Source: Psammoneis japonica
Taxonomy: Eukaryota
Assembly (NCBI GenBank): GCA_008632985.1
Contig: QPGO01000162.1
Span: 1-64,000, forward strand
DNA length: 64,000 nucleotides
Reading direction: 5' to 3'
Under the pieces are notes generated by a model. That model was not told the DNA's origin. It did no database searches and worked only from the letters and a program-made list of their open reading frames with translations. Made by a program: the position numbers and the translations under genes. Numbering within the stretch: the first letter of the stretch is position 1; every line of letters begins with the position of its first letter. This document shows positions 37,101 through 48,812 of this stretch, in pieces.

Positions 37101-38660
37101 ATCGAGGACATGTTTAAAACCGTGGTCCAAACATGGGATCATACAGGTGCTGATTGTGGAGAGTTCAGATGCATGAACTCTGTGCAGATGTTGATGCTGT
37201 GTGGCACGGGGATCCATCCTCACCCTGACCTTCGCAATCTTGTCTATCTGGCAGCCAAGTTGGGAGCGGCGAAGCAAATGGAGGAAATGAAGGTCCCGGT
37301 GGAGGAGCGTGATTTACTCTTGGAACACAGAGGGTGATTTTGATTTGGAAGACTGTGGGGAAAGAATGGCCCAGAGTCTTGCCATGTGACCTGAGTGTGG
37401 CTCGTGAAAAGATGGGAATCTGCGATGTCTTTTGTTCGGACAGCATCTGTTGCTCTTGTTCTCTGATGGGCAATCAATGATCAAGCAGCTTGGAAGGTGT
37501 GAATGGGAGCCAGTCCCATTCGTGTCGATTGATGAAGTTCGAGCCGAACTGGAATGGCAAAGAGAGGTTGCTTTTTCATGGCAATCACATTTGTTTTTTG
37601 TCTGATTGTGCTGACATTGTCACATTGAATTCTCGTTCTAACAGGAAGAAGGCCGCCGGTGATTTGTTGTCATTCGCAATGAACAAAAGTGACGATTGCA
37701 AGGAGGAGTCAATTGACAAGAAAACAAGCGAACTTCCAACCACTCACATGGGTGAAGAGGACAAAAGCGAAGAGCCCATTGACGATGAGCACAACCAAGT
37801 TGCACATTGCTCTGAGGGTGAAGAGGACCACAGCAACTCAGGAGATTGTTTCGCCAGTGACGAAACTGACGAGGAAGCACACAATGTGCTGTGGTTGGGG
37901 ATGACCCATCCGCTCAATGCAAGGCATCCATCTTCTCAAGAATTGTGCTCTGAGAAGGGGGTGGCCTCAGTGTCATCCGACCAACACAGGTGAGACGAGG
38001 CCCGCGCAATGGCATTTGAGGAAACTAACAAAACAATCACAAACATCATTTTGACAGTTTCTCTCCAAGACGGCCATCCTGATCTGCACTTAAATTGCAA
38101 TGTGAAAGCAAGAGATTTCGTCAAGAGAGTCAAGCAGCAGTTTGAGAAACTTGTTGATTTCGAAAATCATGGGTTTGACCAAATCATGTTGGACTGCCAC
38201 TGGATGCCAGATGGAGAGTGGCACGACAGTCATTTTGGGTTGACTCAATTTTTCCAGAATCTAATTGATCTTCGGGCCTTGCTCTCCAAAAACAAAGAAG
38301 GGGGGGCGCAGTGATTCCCTTTGCTCTTGCAACCTTCTTCCAGGTTGTCAAACAATGGAAAAAAATTGTCGGCTGTGTTTGACACACGCACAATGGACAA
38401 TGATGCTGCAAAGAGCTGTGCAAGTGCATTCTTTGCAAGCAACCTTATAACCCAAGAACAACGAGAATGGTGGTTGGGAAAGCCTTCCGATCAGGAAGAA
38501 GCTTGTCTTGGAGTTTCCGAAGAAGACATCAGAATGAAAGCAACAGAAGGTGCTCGCACCGCACTGCTTCACGTGTGCCACAATGACTTTGCCAATTCTG
38601 AAAGGATCAAATTCATCATGTTTGCAAGAAAGAGTTGGGAAATCACTGTGAGTGAATGAC
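34139..38660 (+). pseudogene. Large fragmented gene of unknown function inside the TIR element
   Basis: Protein-like consecutive + strand ORFs (34139-35131, 35528-35992, 35938-36366, 36391-36855, 36792-37337, 37490-37993, 38009-38314, 38321-38659), almost Tyr-free. Includes PHIDKEDCDMDGC at 36295-36333. Confidence 0.55.
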
Positions 38661-39387
38661 AGATTGACACGCGCACCCCATTTTAGAAACAAATCTGACC
38701 AAAAATTCCTTCTGTCCTGTGTGGCCCAAACAAATGGGGCCTTTTCTTGCGCTTCCACTGCTCCTGGACATTCTTCATAAACCAAAACATTGTCCCCAAT
38801 TGCTTCGACAGGGACAACCCGTAACTTGGGTGAGTGCTGAGTCTTCTCAGGCATTGAAAGCCAGTTGTTTCATTTGTGATCAAGCTGCCAGCGACTGACC
38901 AAGTCTGCATGCTGATGCCGGTTGCCTCACAGTTCTCTGGTCAATGTTGACAGGGCCTTCATCAAGACTGACTCATGCTCGTTGTCCTTGTCTTGTGGAT
39001 GAGAAGGGAAAAGAAGAACAACACGCAAAAAATGGCGGGAAAATGGCAAACATTGCATCATCTTCCAGATTTGGATGATTCTTGTGGGTGTGATGTGTCT
39101 GCATTTTGATTTTTTATCTGGCGTTTACAATGAACATTGTTCCTTTTTGTTTGCTGTCAAAATGCAGGACATCATCTCCGTTGAAACGCAATGACAGCCA
39201 TGTCAAAAAGCAAGTTGGACTGTTCATTGTCATGTGCAAACACATTTTCAAATTTCAATGTCACTGACAACAATTTGTGCAATGTTGTAGAGAAAAATGG
39301 AGTGGCTGGCTGTCTCAACACGACCCAGACGATGGTTGCACTGTCAAACAGCAACACTCCTCTCATTGTTGCCGTGTAAAGATCAAG

Positions 39388-40722
39388 ATGTCGTCTGCAG
39401 CACTGCCGGCAAAGAAGAGAAAGAAAAATGAGACTGTTGAGCCAATGAGCCCGAGACTTCAGGCAGTGTTGAAGAGAACAGGTGCGCAGGCAGCACATGG
39501 TGCGTTGAAATCAGAAGTTGAGAAGGTGGCTAGAAATGATCTCTTTCCACAGGTGAAGTTTCTCAGTCCATCAGAATTGGCAAGCAATGGGAGCATCTCA
39601 ATGTTTGTCAAGAAACAGATTGCGGGTGGCAACATGGACACTTCAAATTGGTCAGGAACTTGGGAGGAATGGGCAAAAAAGGCGGCAAAAAGGCAAATTG
39701 ACAATTGCAGAAACACGGTGTGTTCGGCTGTTGGGGCGGAGGCAATGGCCCGTAAGTCAAGTGACCAATGTGTGTGATTCAAGAGTTGCGTGCATCTCAC
39801 AAGAAGAAGATGGTGATGCTTTGTCTGCACAGGCGTTGTTGCCAAGGAAGAGGGAAAGGAAAAAGAAAAGAAACTCAAGGCGGCAGTCAGGAGGAAAAAG
39901 CAAAGCAGGAAAAAGTCAAGCCGTGACAAGAATGAAGAGAATGACATCCCGTTTGTGCCGACATGGGATCCGTTTGGCCTGGACACTGTCGCCGGTGGCA
40001 AACGAAGGAACAAGCAGGCATGCAAGTGGTTCTGCGATCACATCCTGCCTCAAACCAAGCAAAAGCAGGCATGGAGCAGCGCCATCAAAACTGGGAATGC
40101 ACAGGTCTCACAGTTGTTTGCGGCAGGTGACGAAGCTTTGGCGCTGTCAGCTGTGGAGAATTGTTGGCAGGTGTGGGCATGCAGGAACAAGGAGGAGGCG
40201 GTGGAAGAATTGGGTGAGGAAATGGAGCCCGAAGAAACAAGGCCTGCCCCTTGGTGCACGAAGCCAAAGAAACAATGAGTGTCTTGGGGAGACGACGGAA
40301 TCATTTTGTTCAACGATTTGTGCAAAGAGGTGACGAAAGACAGAGACTCAAAGGAGGGCAAGGAGTTTGAAAAGTGGCATGCGGAGATCAAGAAAAGCAA
40401 GTGCGAGAAGTCCAGAGAAGCAAAAAAGAAGAAGAAGACAGCACCGACCGGTGATGCAGAGAAGGTGAAGGCAATGAACAGCCCAATGGTGGAGAGCAGC
40501 ATGGACAATGACAGCAACAACAATGAGCAGGAGGAAGGTGCAAAAGGCAGTGCGAATGATGGAGGAGATGAGTCCAATGGAGACGAGTCCGATGGAGACG
40601 AGTCCAATGGAGACAAGTCCGATGATGATCATCAGCTTAGTTTGAGAGAGTTGCAGCAAGAAAATGTGTGCACAGTTGGCACAGCACTCGGTCATTGCAC
40701 TGCAGACGTGACAAGGGATTGA
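39388..40722 (+). pseudogene. Hypothetical protein relic inside the TIR element, with an acidic GDESN/D-repeat tail
   Basis: VARNDLFPQVKF, a probable intron from GTAAGT (39752) to CAG (39832), then WFCDHIL..GDEALALSAVENCWQVW..PWCT..SWGDDGIILFNDLCKEVTKDR. In-frame TGA at 40276. Confidence 0.55.
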
Positions 40723-43700
40723 CTTGACCGATGAAATGCTTTTCTTGTTTAAAACAATGTTTGTGAAAATTGACAAACCAAGGTTTGTGTGGCAATGCAA
40801 TCACGCATTGGCGTGTGGCAACAAGGTGGAGGCAGAAATGGTGATGTGGATGCAGTGAAAACAGCACACACAATTCTCAATGAGTCATTGCAATGTTGGC
40901 ATGCCAAACTTGCAACCAGAGGTTGGCCTGTCACCATGTGACAACAACGTTTTGCAATGTTTTAATAAATTGTCATCATGTAAATCCACACATTTTTAAC
41001 ATTTCCTGCACTCTGATGTGGTGACTTGTGTGCAGAATGCATCAAAGACCAGGCTCTGCATTTTTTGATGATGACATGCATTGCATGGTGCATGCATCCT
41101 GCTCAACTGTGATCTGGGCAATTGCTTGCTCATCAAACAACCAAGAATCTCATGAGATGTTTTGACAAAATGTTGTGTTGGCAATGCAAATGCTGGTGCA
41201 CCAGATCACAAAATCCTCTGCCACCTCATTCAAGCCTGACAGTGAACTCTTTTGGGGCTTTTCAATTGTGTGAACACCTTCATGATGCCCACATGACAAA
41301 TGTTGACCAATTGCAAACAGCAAGTTCCACATGAATTTGCACCAGATCACACGCATTTTGCTGATCATCCTCCCATCACACAAGACTTGGCAGGGCTCCA
41401 GTCACGTGAGAGCAGCAGGACATTCTGTGTTGTTGGCTGGTTGTCAGCTCAACAAGAGGCAACCAAGTGGGAGCAAAGAGCAACAGTGAGCAACAACTTT
41501 GTTGCATGGCAGCCTGTGCAACATTTTCCCAGCTCTGTCCTGCATGTGCAAAGTGATCCTCTGGAGTGGCCACAGGCACACTGGGAGAAGTTGGCAACAG
41601 AAGTTTGAACTTTTTTGGTTCAATTTTTTGCCAAAAAATTCCAAGCTCTGGAATCCAGAGCATCTGCCATCAATCTTCATGCACTGGCACATTTGTTTGC
41701 AGCAATTGTGGGTGGTCATTCATTGGAGAACCATTGAGAAATCATTGGGGCTGAAAACAGTGATTTTCAATCATCACAAATGGCACTGTTTGACACCAGG
41801 TGCAACTGAGAAGGCATGTCCCAGAGCTGAAACATGTGCCTGACAAAAACGCCAATGCACAGCACAACACACAGAGCCTTCATCTCATGAACAAACATTC
41901 TTCTGCAGAGTCACATCCATTGCAGCAGCAAGAACAATGAATTTTCAGGGTGCCTCTGCACAGCCACAGCATTGATTCTGCACAGAAATGAGCAGTTTGT
42001 GAATTTTTGCAGCAGAAGTTTGGACTTTTGCAACCACCTTCCAGCACTGGTGCTTGTGCAGCACAGCCAGCATCCAGAGGTGCACAAATTGTCTGTTGTT
42101 GTTTGCACATGGGCACTCACACACTCAGCACATGGGTGAATGACAGCACGCAAGGAAGCACACATGCAGATGACAAGATGATTTGTGCACCTCTCCAGCA
42201 CAGTGGGTCAAACCAATTGGTCTGGCAGGATGTTGCCAATTGCCACCATGGCCAACATAAAATGATGGAGAGTGACAGTCCAAAGCAAGAGGTGAGAAGG
42301 GCATGGCAATTTTCTTGCATGGTTGCTTGCAGCCCCTCTTTGACTTCAACTTTTCTTCTCAACACACGCCAGCTTTTGACATCAAACTCCATCTTGAGCA
42401 GCCAGAAAGTGGCACACCCACCCATCCAACATCTTCAAAAACTGTCACTGCAGCTGCCCCAGTGCTTTTTGATCAATCCATTGACTGTCCCAACCTGGGT
42501 GCAGGATCACCAAAGACAATGCCTTCTCAAGCCAGAGAGCAAGAAATGAAAAAAGAAAATTAAGACTGCAGCAACAGCAATTTGCGGGGAGATGACCACA
42601 AAGATCACTCTTTGAAATTTGCCAATTGAGAAATGTGGGAGCAATCAGTTGCTGCTGCTCATGAATGTCAGACAAATCCAAGGTTTGCAACTTCATCCAT
42701 GCTGACTGGTTTGGTGGTCTTGGGCACTGAAAAAGCCCTGTGTCTCAGTCTGATGCATTTGGCAGCTCCCTCATCTCATGTTCTCAAAACCATCTGGGCA
42801 ACATGTTTTGCTGCAATGTCCATGAAAAATTCAGTGGTGTGGTCACCTTGTGTGCAAATCAGAGTGCAAGGACAAACAAGCATGCCGCCGTCTCTTTTGA
42901 CATTGTTGAAGAGGATTTCAATGGGCATTTTCTGCATGAAGAATCCAAAGGAGATGCTTGGCATCATGTCATGCCTGAAGACATTGTTCTTCACAAGATT
43001 GGCATGGCACTCAGATGTGACAAGCTGTTGAAAGTAGAAACCTTGGCTCTGACAGCATTTCCATGCACAAAAGGCAGAGCAAATCAAACCTGACAACAAG
43101 GCATTGGAGTGGTGGCAATGCCAAGCTCAGGAGAGAAGCAGCCACATTCTCAAAGGTGTGCTCTAACAATCACATTGGAGGCATGCAATGCAGCAAGTGC
43201 AACAAATGTTGAAGAAGCTCCAAGGTTCATGAATCCAGACATGAAGTCAAAGACACAGCAGAATGAAAAGGAGTTGAAAGAGAAAGACTTCAAGCATTGC
43301 AAGTGAGTGCACAAGTGCTGCTGGGCACCCACAATGTTGGCCAAACTTTTGCTTGCCTGGTTTGCTCACATCCTTTTGCTTGTTTGGCTGTGTCATGAGC
43401 TCTTTGCAGAATGGAATGATGACATTGCACCTGTTGAATTCTCAGAGCTTGGGGTGGTTGTTTGGTTAAAACAACACAGAGCAGAGCAGTCGAGAAGAGT
43501 GCGAAGAGACACCCCTTGAGAGTGCTGCACACACAAATGACACAAGAGAGCAAACAAAAGTGGATTCTCAAACAGCCTTGAAGCCCCATTGCATTGAAAC
43601 CACTTTTGATTTCAAACTTGCTCCAAAAACAACAATGGAAGAAGATGACAATGACATGAGTTTTTCCACGATGCTGGAAATTTGCCACATGTTTGTTGGG

Positions 43701-44305
43701 CACATTGGACTCAAATGCAAGGAAACTGTGAAAGAGGCTGTGCAGATCAAGTGTGGAAATCTTTGCTGGCAAGCTGAAGGGACTTGCTCACTGCTTTTTT
43801 CCTGAAGCAAATCATGGTGCATGTTCGGAGCGCTGAAACAAGGCCTCTTTGTGCACGCAATGGCAACAATCTCAAATCCCACAGCAACTGCGGAGGAAAG
43901 TGGTCCATGCATTTGAGACTCTTTGACTTATGTTGCGCGAATCTTCTTAGCTTTCACACAAGCATGTTTTATGCTTTTAGCCCTGGCACCTGACTCTACC
44001 TACTCTCTAGCTCTAGAGCTACAGCAGCTAGAGTAGAGAGAGAGGGAAGTCAGACCAACACGACGGGTTAGCGTGTGCAACGTCCGGGTTTGCCACCAGA
44101 ACCTGACACCAGAGCCCCTGATCAGGTCGCTAACGACTTTGTTATCGACGCTGCCTGGTGCGGGGTGGCGGGTCCACGATCCGCGCGATCGATCCGGAGA
44201 GAAAGAGATCATACATACAGTACGGTGGTACAGCAACCGTCACACCAAAAACGAAAACGCAATACGTGCTCTAATCACTTCTCGCCCTCCTCTTACTTGT
44301 AAAGA

Positions 44306-45571
44306 ATGGAAAACATGGATACTGATTTGATGGACTTATCGGCGGAGAGTTGTCTGTCCTTGGGAGATTCTTTTGCAGTCGACGAAGCATACGAGTCGGC
44401 TCTTGACGCATACGCAGCGGCGTTGTCGCTGTTGACGACTACTAAGGACGACAACTGTTGGGCGCTGCGTTTGCGAACCTTATCGCATCGAGCTGCCGCT
44501 TTTCTGGTGTGTAAGCGGTATCAAGAAGCTCTTGAGGATGCGCAGACAGCCCTTTCGATCCAAGATACCTCTGGATTGCGGCCAGGCGAGCGAGAACTGT
44601 GTCACAAGCGTTTGGGCATTGCTGCATACAACCTTGCAAGATACGACGAAGCTCTGGTGGCCTTTGAGGCCGCAAAGCAACTGGCTAGTCTTAATCATCG
44701 AGATTTGAAGGTTTATGAAGAATGGCTTCAACGATGTCTGGATGTCATGTCGCCATCAAAAGCTACTTCTCAGAGTGCGCATTCAGTGACCTCACCCCAT
44801 TCTGATCTCGACAGACCTTCCACTACTGTTCCGTCTCCTTCCTCTCGCAACCCGGCCGTCGCCGCAAAATCACACCCGGAAACTCCTTCAGTGATCAAGA
44901 CGAAACCACCAGCAGCTCAGTCCCTTCCCAAATACCAGTACTATCAGAACAGTAGTTTCGTGACTATTGCTCTGTTGGAAACCAACGTAAAGCCACAAGA
45001 TCTTCGAGTCGATTTTGAACCCAAAAGGCTCACTGTCATTCTTACCAAGGGCAGTCAGTCCTTTACTGTCATTTGTGGTAGTCTTACGGATGAAGTTGTG
45101 GTGGAGAAGTGCCGTATCGTGTACAAGGATGAAAAGGTTCTCATAAAGTTGCGGAAGAAGGATTCTGTACACGAGTGGCAACAGCTCATTAGCAAGGTTG
45201 AAGAACCGACAATTCCAGAAGCGAGCTCTCTGGAATCAGATAAAATCCCTACTTTAGACTCGTCCAAGACACGGGCCTATGCTTCTCATCGTGACTGGGA
45301 TGCCATTGAACGCAATCTAGAAGAGCAGGAAAAGATCGAAAAGCCAGAGGGTGACGAAGCCTTGAACAAATTGCTCCAGCAGATATACGGCAATTCCGAC
45401 GACGACACTCGACGAGCCATGATCAAGTCTTACCAGACATCAGGAGGCACCATTCTGTCTACAGATTGGAATGATGTCAAGGAGAAGGACTACGAAAAGG
45501 AACGAGTCGCACCCAAGGGCATGGAATGGAAAACGTATGAGGGAGATAAATTGGAACAAAAGGAAGATTAG
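44306..45571 (+). CDS. SGT1: SGT1 co-chaperone (TPR-CS-SGS)
   Basis: N-terminal TPRs, CS domain (PKYQYYQNSSFVTI...KVLIKLRK) and SGS domain (DWDAIE, GDEALNKLLQQIYGNSDDDTRRAMIKSYQTSGGTILSTDW). Confidence 0.95.
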   Translation: MENMDTDLMDLSAESCLSLGDSFAVDEAYESALDAYAAALSLLTTTKDDNCWALRLRTLSHRAAAFLVCKRYQEALEDAQTALSIQDTSGLRPGERELCHKRLGIAAYNLARYDEALVAFEAAKQLASLNHRDLKVYEEWLQRCLDVMSPSKATSQSAHSVTSPHSDLDRPSTTVPSPSSRNPAVAAKSHPETPSVIKTKPPAAQSLPKYQYYQNSSFVTIALLETNVKPQDLRVDFEPKRLTVILTKGSQSFTVICGSLTDEVVVEKCRIVYKDEKVLIKLRKKDSVHEWQQLISKVEEPTIPEASSLESDKIPTLDSSKTRAYASHRDWDAIERNLEEQEKIEKPEGDEALNKLLQQIYGNSDDDTRRAMIKSYQTSGGTILSTDWNDVKEKDYEKERVAPKGMEWKTYEGDKLEQKED

Positions 45572-46491
45572 AAAGGCACTCTAGCTTTCCTAGACAATAG
45601 CGATTAGAAAAGGAGAGTCTCGAGGAAAGCGAAATGTAGAAGTATGTATACTTTCAGATGATGTATTTGTATGGTCTGAACTACACTGAGCGAGAGATAG
45701 TAGCATCAAAATCTGTGTCGCAATCGACGACTCCCTCATCTCAGAAGATGATTTGAAGGATGGTGAAGAGTGGGAATTATGCCGAGAAGCTTTCTCCCCA
45801 AGTCTTGGCTGCAACGGACACAGTTGTGGTAGTGGCGTCCGTGTATCCTCGAAATTCCAATGTCATTCGTTCCTGCGTGTTCTTCTTTTCGTTGGACAAA
45901 GATTGGTTCGACAATGCCCACCGTCGTCTTGACAACATGTTTGTGGAGTGATGGATAAGCTGCTGTCTCAGATTGAAAGTGCCGGCGACCATGTCATTCT
46001 TTTGTCAGAGTCGCTCCGTTCAAACGAAGTGGAAAAAGTTTCGAATATTCATTCAGTCATGGCATATGCCGCAAATCGCTAGCAAGTGCAGAGAGCGCAT
46101 AACTTGGAAACTCTGAAATACGCCAAAGATATATACTTACACTAGAAGGCTGCCACTTCAGTTTTTCCTACTAAATAAAGGACACCATTTGTGCCCATGT
46201 TCCGGAGAGAGGAGTAGTTCTTTCAGGCGAGTATGATTTGTCTTCCGTGGAATGTCGAACGAATCGGATTATATTCCCAACTCTATTTGAATTCAATGGC
46301 GCAACGATGAGAGATGCGGCTCCGTAGAGCTAGACACCGACGAATATAGGTTTGTATACCGTTGCAGTGGTTGCAGAGTCGCACGCATCAGTTTCTAGTT
46401 TTCCTCGAATCTGGTATATTAGTATCATTAGTCCCGCACATAGCTGGTTTGAGTCGCTGGTTTGAGTCGGCTTTCATCGATGTTTCTATTC

Positions 46492-48248
46492 TCACGAGCA
46501 GCGAGCGATGACGCAACTGATATCATCCAGCTTGCCTCCCTTGCCACTCTTGTACTCAGGATCGCCATTTCTCTTGGCTAGCACTGCATATGGTGTCTCA
46601 GCGTCCTTGTCAAGTGACACCTTTCTTGATAGATCCACGATCCGTTTTGCAAGAGTAAACGATCGCTCCTTCGGTCCTGCACTTTCCACTGTTTCGCAGA
46701 TTAGTTTTTCATCAAGATTGTCAAAGACTCCGTCCGATCCCATAACAATCACGTCACCTGGCAACACCTCGATATTCAACTTCGTAGCATCCGCCGGACG
46801 GTCTGGCGAGTCGTCCGCCAACTGATAGGGACAATCAAAATAATGGACAATCTCGCGAGTCTTTGCACGAACTTGGCCATCTCGCACCAACAGACACACT
46901 GAATCACCCAAGTTTACGGCACGCAAATAGCCATCTTCGCTGACGGACGCAACGACGGCGGTGGAGGCCCCCGTAGCACTTTTGTCCGCAAATTCAGCAG
47001 CCTCCAACAAAGCCGATGACAATTCCTTGGTGGTAAGACCCTTACTACCATCAACCAATGAGAGCAGCTCATCTGAAAGTGTTTTGGAATATAGAGGAAC
47101 ACCGTCGAGTTTCTCTGCGCCGCTCACGCCGTCAAAAACACCAAACGTCCTTCCCTTCACAAATGCAGCATCTTCACCTCCCCAGCTCACTTTGGCAGGA
47201 TGGGGCAAGACGTGGGTTGCGATATCCAGTTGGATAGCTTCGCTGGGTTCAGCCGAGGCAGTCGCCTTTTTCTCTTGTTTTGGCTTCTTGAAAAGGTTCC
47301 TAATGCCGATGCCAGATATTTTCGGTTCTTCCTTCGCAGCCTTTGGTTCCTCTGTTACTGTTTTCTCTTCTCGAACATTTTTACTACCCAGTACATTCAT
47401 AAGTGAAAATGCCTGTGAAGCGTCTACCGTGTCCTTCGCGGGGGTGATTTCTTCTATCTTGTCGGTCTCTTGCTTGACCACTGGCTTGCTGTCTGCAAAT
47501 ATATCAAACAGTCCGAATTGCTCTTCATCCTTTTCTTCTTTCGAGGACACATCTTTCACAACTTTTGAATCCTCGACAGGAGGCTTTTTCTCGTCAAAAA
47601 TAGCATCGAAGCCATCAAACCAGTTAGACTCTTCCTTTGTCGCCGGTTTCTTCTCTTCGACTACCTCTGCTTCAGCCGATGTCTTTGGATCATCAAAGAA
47701 TCCATCAAACCAGCTTGTTTCATCTTTTTCAACAGCGGCCTTGTCCTCAACTGGACTGTCATCTTCCACGGTCTTTGCATCTTCAAAAATACCGTCGAAC
47801 CAATTGGATTCCTCCTTTGTAGCTTGCGACCTTTCTTCTGTCACCAGCCGCTCTTCTTCTTTAGTTTCGGCTAAGGTTGACATGACAGACGAGAAGAACC
47901 CCCCACCGCTTTCCTGCGGTTTCGCTTGTTCTGCTTGTCTATATTCTAACTGTTTCTTTCGACCTCGCGTCTCTTTCTTGAAGACAGTCGAACCTTTGGG
48001 AAGGAACTGGTAGGAGGCTCCCATAAGGATTCACCCGTCTTGCCATTGAAGTAGTAGACCAGTCCGGTATTTTCTTCGTCCAAATAGGCTGTCCAGTCAC
48101 CCTCATTAGCCAGTGGTTCCATAAATATCCTCGACGAAGCGCGCGTCTCTTGTGTTCTGCATACATCTTTCGGTTGTGTCACAAATGCCGATACTGGCGA
48201 CGTGCGAGTAACAACGACAAGACCAGTCAATGCCGCTGCGAGTCTCAT
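46492..48248 (-). CDS. Plastid-targeted PP2C phosphatase (PTC7/PBCP-like) with a WW domain and acidic repeat linker; one frameshift near 47950-48000
   Basis: Signal peptide ending VSA-F, WW domain (WTAYLD..VYYFNGKTGESLWEPP) and PP2C motifs GGEDA, GVFDGVSG, GASTA, NLGDS, HYFDCPYQL, GSDGVFDNL, GGKLDDIS. Confidence 0.9.
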
Positions 48249-48812
48249 AGTTTTTTTGCAGTTTCTTCACGGTACTTCTTGGAGACAATAACTAAAAGCA
48301 AAGGCTTGCAGATTCAAGTGTCGTGTCTGTTGACTCACTCTCCAGAGTTTTTTTTTCTGACAAGACGCTTCGGTGTTGACAACACAGCAACCAAATTGCT
48401 TGGGACTCCAGACGACGTCGTGCTTTGGCTTGACGATGCGAGAAAGATTTGCCGCCAACACTACACGTTTGCTTTTGTGACACGTCAGCAGTCAGTCCTT
48501 CGCGCGGGGCTGCCTGGCGGAGATATGTACCATTTTGTCCTCCGTGTCTCAGTACCAAGTTCTCACATACGTATCATGCAGTACTCTATCTACTTCCGAA
48601 GACAAAGTCACACCCAGGTCAACGGTCACACAGACTTCACGACAGTCTCAAAATCGCCCAACGCATCTGTCGCCATGACCACATTCAAAGTGCCGGCGCA
48701 GTTTCAAGTTGTACAGTAAGGTTAGTTGACACAGCGGCAGCTCTTTTTTCAGCCACTCAAACACCAAAAGGGTCTCTGGTATAGTAAGTTCAAACAGCAG
48801 TGAGGTCATATA

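Larger units (their letters stand above)
33075..41019. mobile_element. Putative about 7.9-kb DNA transposon-like element with 13-bp TIRs carrying three degraded genes
   Basis: ACATCAGAGTGCA (33075-33087) and its exact reverse complement TGCACTCTGATGT (41007-41019) bracket the stretch where CpG is retained. No TSD or transposase was recognised. Confidence 0.55.
19515..43985. other. Hypermutated block C (nested TE cluster, about 24.5 kb)
   Basis: TA is nearly absent for about 24 kb. It ends abruptly at TTTTAGCCCTG (43985) and is followed by TA-rich CTCTACCTACTCTCTAGCTCTAGAGCTAC. Confidence 0.9.

Noticed and set aside
19515..43985. Classical fungal RIP as the explanation of the biased blocks
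   Set aside because: RIP produces CpA->TpA and AT-rich DNA. Here TpA is lost and CpA/TpG accumulate.
46961..48013. 350-aa Ser/Phe-rich ORF on the + strand
   Set aside because: It is the antisense shadow of the Glu/Lys-rich PP2C linker.
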